This document shows, piece by piece, positions 13,799 through 15,727 of a DNA stretch of 15,727 nt. How positions within the stretch are numbered: the stretch's first letter is position 1; every line of letters starts with the position of its first letter. This DNA is from a virus. Location of the stretch: UHGV virus genome UHGV-0299427. The stretch is one strand, 5' to 3'. The position numbers and the translations under genes are program-made. The notes beneath the pieces are model-generated. The model ran no database searches, was not told where the DNA came from, and saw nothing but the letters and a program-made list of their open reading frames with translations.

Positions 13799-14149
13799 TT
13801 ACTCCCTCAGCGTGATGGTTAACTCAACATTCTGCATGGTCTGCATGACAGTGCCCGACAGCGTCACCCCGGCGCGGCCTCCTGCCTTCCAGACAACGTC
13901 GATGGCGTCCAGGGCAATGCGGGGTTCCCATCGTGTCAGCGCAATCACGGCAGCACTCATGCATTGCAGACGCGTGGTGTTATTCATGGGTTCGTCAATC
14001 AAATCAGGTACAAGGCTGCCATATTCCCGTCGCATAACCCGGCTGGCCAGCGGGGTGGTCAGGATGTCCCTGGCTGACTGTTTCAGGTGCTCCATATCAT
14101 TCAGGTTTCCCGTCCCGTCCGGATTCATTCCTGTGTAGCGGGTTGTCAC
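13799..14149 (-). CDS. W: Baseplate wedge protein W (gpW / gp25-like), 116 aa
   Basis: Size and position; start overlaps the V stop. Confidence 0.85.
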   Translation of the reverse strand: MTTRYTGMNPDGTGNLNDMEHLKQSARDILTTPLASRVMRREYGSLVPDLIDEPMNNTTRLQCMSAAVIALTRWEPRIALDAIDVVWKAGGRAGVTLSGTVMQTMQNVELTITLRE

Positions 14150-14727
14150 TGCGGGCCTCCTGTCGAATCGCTGCCGCCTTTCACACCACCGTGTTTATGC
14201 GTATGCACTGTGATGCCGTTTGAGGTGAAATCGCCGCCGCTGTGCGTGATATTGCCGCTCATCTTTCCCCCTTTTGTGACGTCAAGCGTCGCTGTTCTCA
14301 GAAGGTTTGTGCATTCCACGACGGGCGTGTCCAGTGTCACGCTGACGGATGCCTGCAGGGTGGCTGTTTTCATGCCGCTGGCGCTCAGTGCGCCAGCGTC
14401 TGCGTCGTAGCGGAACACCGCGCCATCCGGCGCGCTGACCACGATTTCTTTCAGGCTTTTGCCGGGGGCCGGACTGGCATCACTCCACAGGCTGCCAATT
14501 ATCATGGCGGTTTCCGGGTTGCCGCCAATGCAGGCAATTACCACCTGTTCGCCTGGTGATGGCGGCAGCCACACATTGAAGGCTCCCGCGCGCGTGGTGT
14601 TCCAGCGCAACCAGCCTGTTTCCAGTTCGCCGCTGCGAACGCGCACGCGCCAGGACTTCTCATCAACTTCAGAGATGATCCCGGTGCGGATGATGTTGCT
14701 CAGCAGTCGCATGAGTTCTGCGCTCAC
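14146..14727 (-). CDS. V: Baseplate spike / assembly protein V (gpV-like), 193 aa
   Basis: …IRTGII…EQV…GG…DGA…SG(M/I)KTA…TLDTP(V)VECTN…KGG(K/T)M(S/R)GNI(T/E)H(S/T)GG…SNGI(T)VHTHKH… matches recalled P2 V. Confidence 0.85.
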   Translation of the reverse strand: MSAELMRLLSNIIRTGIISEVDEKSWRVRVRSGELETGWLRWNTTRAGAFNVWLPPSPGEQVVIACIGGNPETAMIIGSLWSDASPAPGKSLKEIVVSAPDGAVFRYDADAGALSASGMKTATLQASVSVTLDTPVVECTNLLRTATLDVTKGGKMSGNITHSGGDFTSNGITVHTHKHGGVKGGSDSTGGPQ

Positions 14728-15359
14728 CGTACAGCCTCCGCAATCCGGCCCAGCACCGTGTTATAAATCAGGCGCTCATCTGCCTGGCTGATACCCAGCA
14801 GCTCACGTACCGGGTAATCGGTGAAAATGCCCGGCGCAACCTGATCGCGCTCACCGAACTGATGAACGCGTGCAATACGTGCGGCCACGCCGCTGTAACC
14901 CACCGTCACACCGGAAGCATCTGCACGGGCTTTCAGGTAGCGGGCGGTGCGCAGTTTTACGAACATGGGGACGCGCCTGGTGCTGTCCTGGTTGATGCGC
15001 CGGGTGCGTATTTCCAGAAAACGGTCGATGTCATCCCGGTAAAACGTGCGGATATTGTTTTTATCCTCATCCCACCCGGTAATGGTTCGCCCGTATTTCC
15101 CCGTGTCGTGATGCCAGTTTTTCAGCGTGCGTGCTTCGTTATTCCAGATAAAGCGAATACGTTCCTGTATCCGGGTTACGCGGCGTCTGCGTGGTGTCCA
15201 TGCGGTCCCGTCCGGCGCTTTCTGTGACCGGATACGCGCCTGCTGGGCGCGGCGTAAATCCTGTGCCAGCTTTCTGGCGATGTTATTGATGGCCTGCTGA
15301 TTCAGGCTGTCGCGGATGGCCTCAAAGGTTTCATCCACGCGGGTGAATGCCTTATCCAT
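14724..15359 (-). CDS. S: Tail completion / virion morphogenesis protein (gpS-like), about 211 aa; start at ATG 15359 preferred over GTG 15368
   Basis: Position immediately upstream of V, overlapping the R-like stop. Assignment is by synteny and general family resemblance only. Confidence 0.6.
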   Translation of the reverse strand: MDKAFTRVDETFEAIRDSLNQQAINNIARKLAQDLRRAQQARIRSQKAPDGTAWTPRRRRVTRIQERIRFIWNNEARTLKNWHHDTGKYGRTITGWDEDKNNIRTFYRDDIDRFLEIRTRRINQDSTRRVPMFVKLRTARYLKARADASGVTVGYSGVAARIARVHQFGERDQVAPGIFTDYPVRELLGISQADERLIYNTVLGRIAEAVR

Positions 15360-15727
15360 CGCTTTCACCCCACGTCACATCCTGGAATACATGCGACCAG
15401 TCGCCTTCGGAAGAGGGCAGACGGGGTTTTGGCTCCTGCAGGTGTTCTGCCTGCGGTGTCCCCTGACTGTTGCGCGTAATGCGAACGCGTTCCCGCAGGG
15501 GGAGCGTAAACAGGAGATCGGCGCTGTCATCGTCATTGATAACGGCGGAGAATTTGATGTCCTGATTACGCTCAGGGTTGAGCAACAACTGTGGCTGATT
15601 TTCGGATAACCACGCCAGCAGCGGCAGCGTGAGGTCGTCCAGCTCTCCGGCGTAATCCATGACAAACATCACCATCTGATAGCGGTAAACAAACGAGGGC
15701 GTTTCCCCGGTCGTTTCAATGTTGCCG
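15352..15727 (-). CDS. R: Probable tail completion protein (gpR-like), N-terminus outside the window
   Basis: The frame stays open from the window edge (15727) down to the stop at 15352. Call is by synteny upstream of S-like and V. Confidence 0.45.
   Translation of the reverse strand, partial: GNIETTGETPSFVYRYQMVMFVMDYAGELDDLTLPLLAWLSENQPQLLLNPERNQDIKFSAVINDDDSADLLFTLPLRERVRITRNSQGTPQAEHLQEPKPRLPSSEGDWSHVFQDVTWGESDG

Noticed and set aside
12328-14149. Plus-strand ORFs antisense to I, J and W (12328..12882, 13001..13387, 13233..13694, 13707..14138)
   Set aside because: Fully antisense to a tightly coupled baseplate operon; GC-rich frames without SD signals.

Overview
Most of this window (about 1.45-15.7 kb) is the tail and baseplate morphogenesis region of a P2-like (Peduovirus-type) prophage, probably in an enterobacterial host. 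On the minus strand it carries R-like (partial), S-like, V, W, J, I, tail fibre H, a tail fibre assembly gene, a Din-family DNA invertase, D and ogr. On the plus strand it carries FI (sheath), FII (tube), E/E' with the canonical T TTT TTG -1 frameshift site, T (tape measure) and U. The tail fibre 3' end sits in a roughly 1.85 kb invertible segment bounded by cix/gix-like crossover sites, with a silent alternative fibre C-terminus plus assembly gene. The FI-FII-E-T-U block is inverted relative to the V-W-J-I-H and D-ogr genes on either side, which differs from canonical P2 synteny and leaves D without its usual promoter. The left 1.45 kb is AT-rich cargo or flank. It holds a Hok-family type I toxin gene that is absent from the ORF track, an internally deleted inverted paralogue of that locus, a small Cys-containing secreted protein gene, and a perfect inverted repeat of at least 126 bp that is cut by the window edge. 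No tRNA, rRNA, CRISPR array or recognisable P2 att core was found. All calls rest on reading the sequence and recalled family knowledge; no database search was run.
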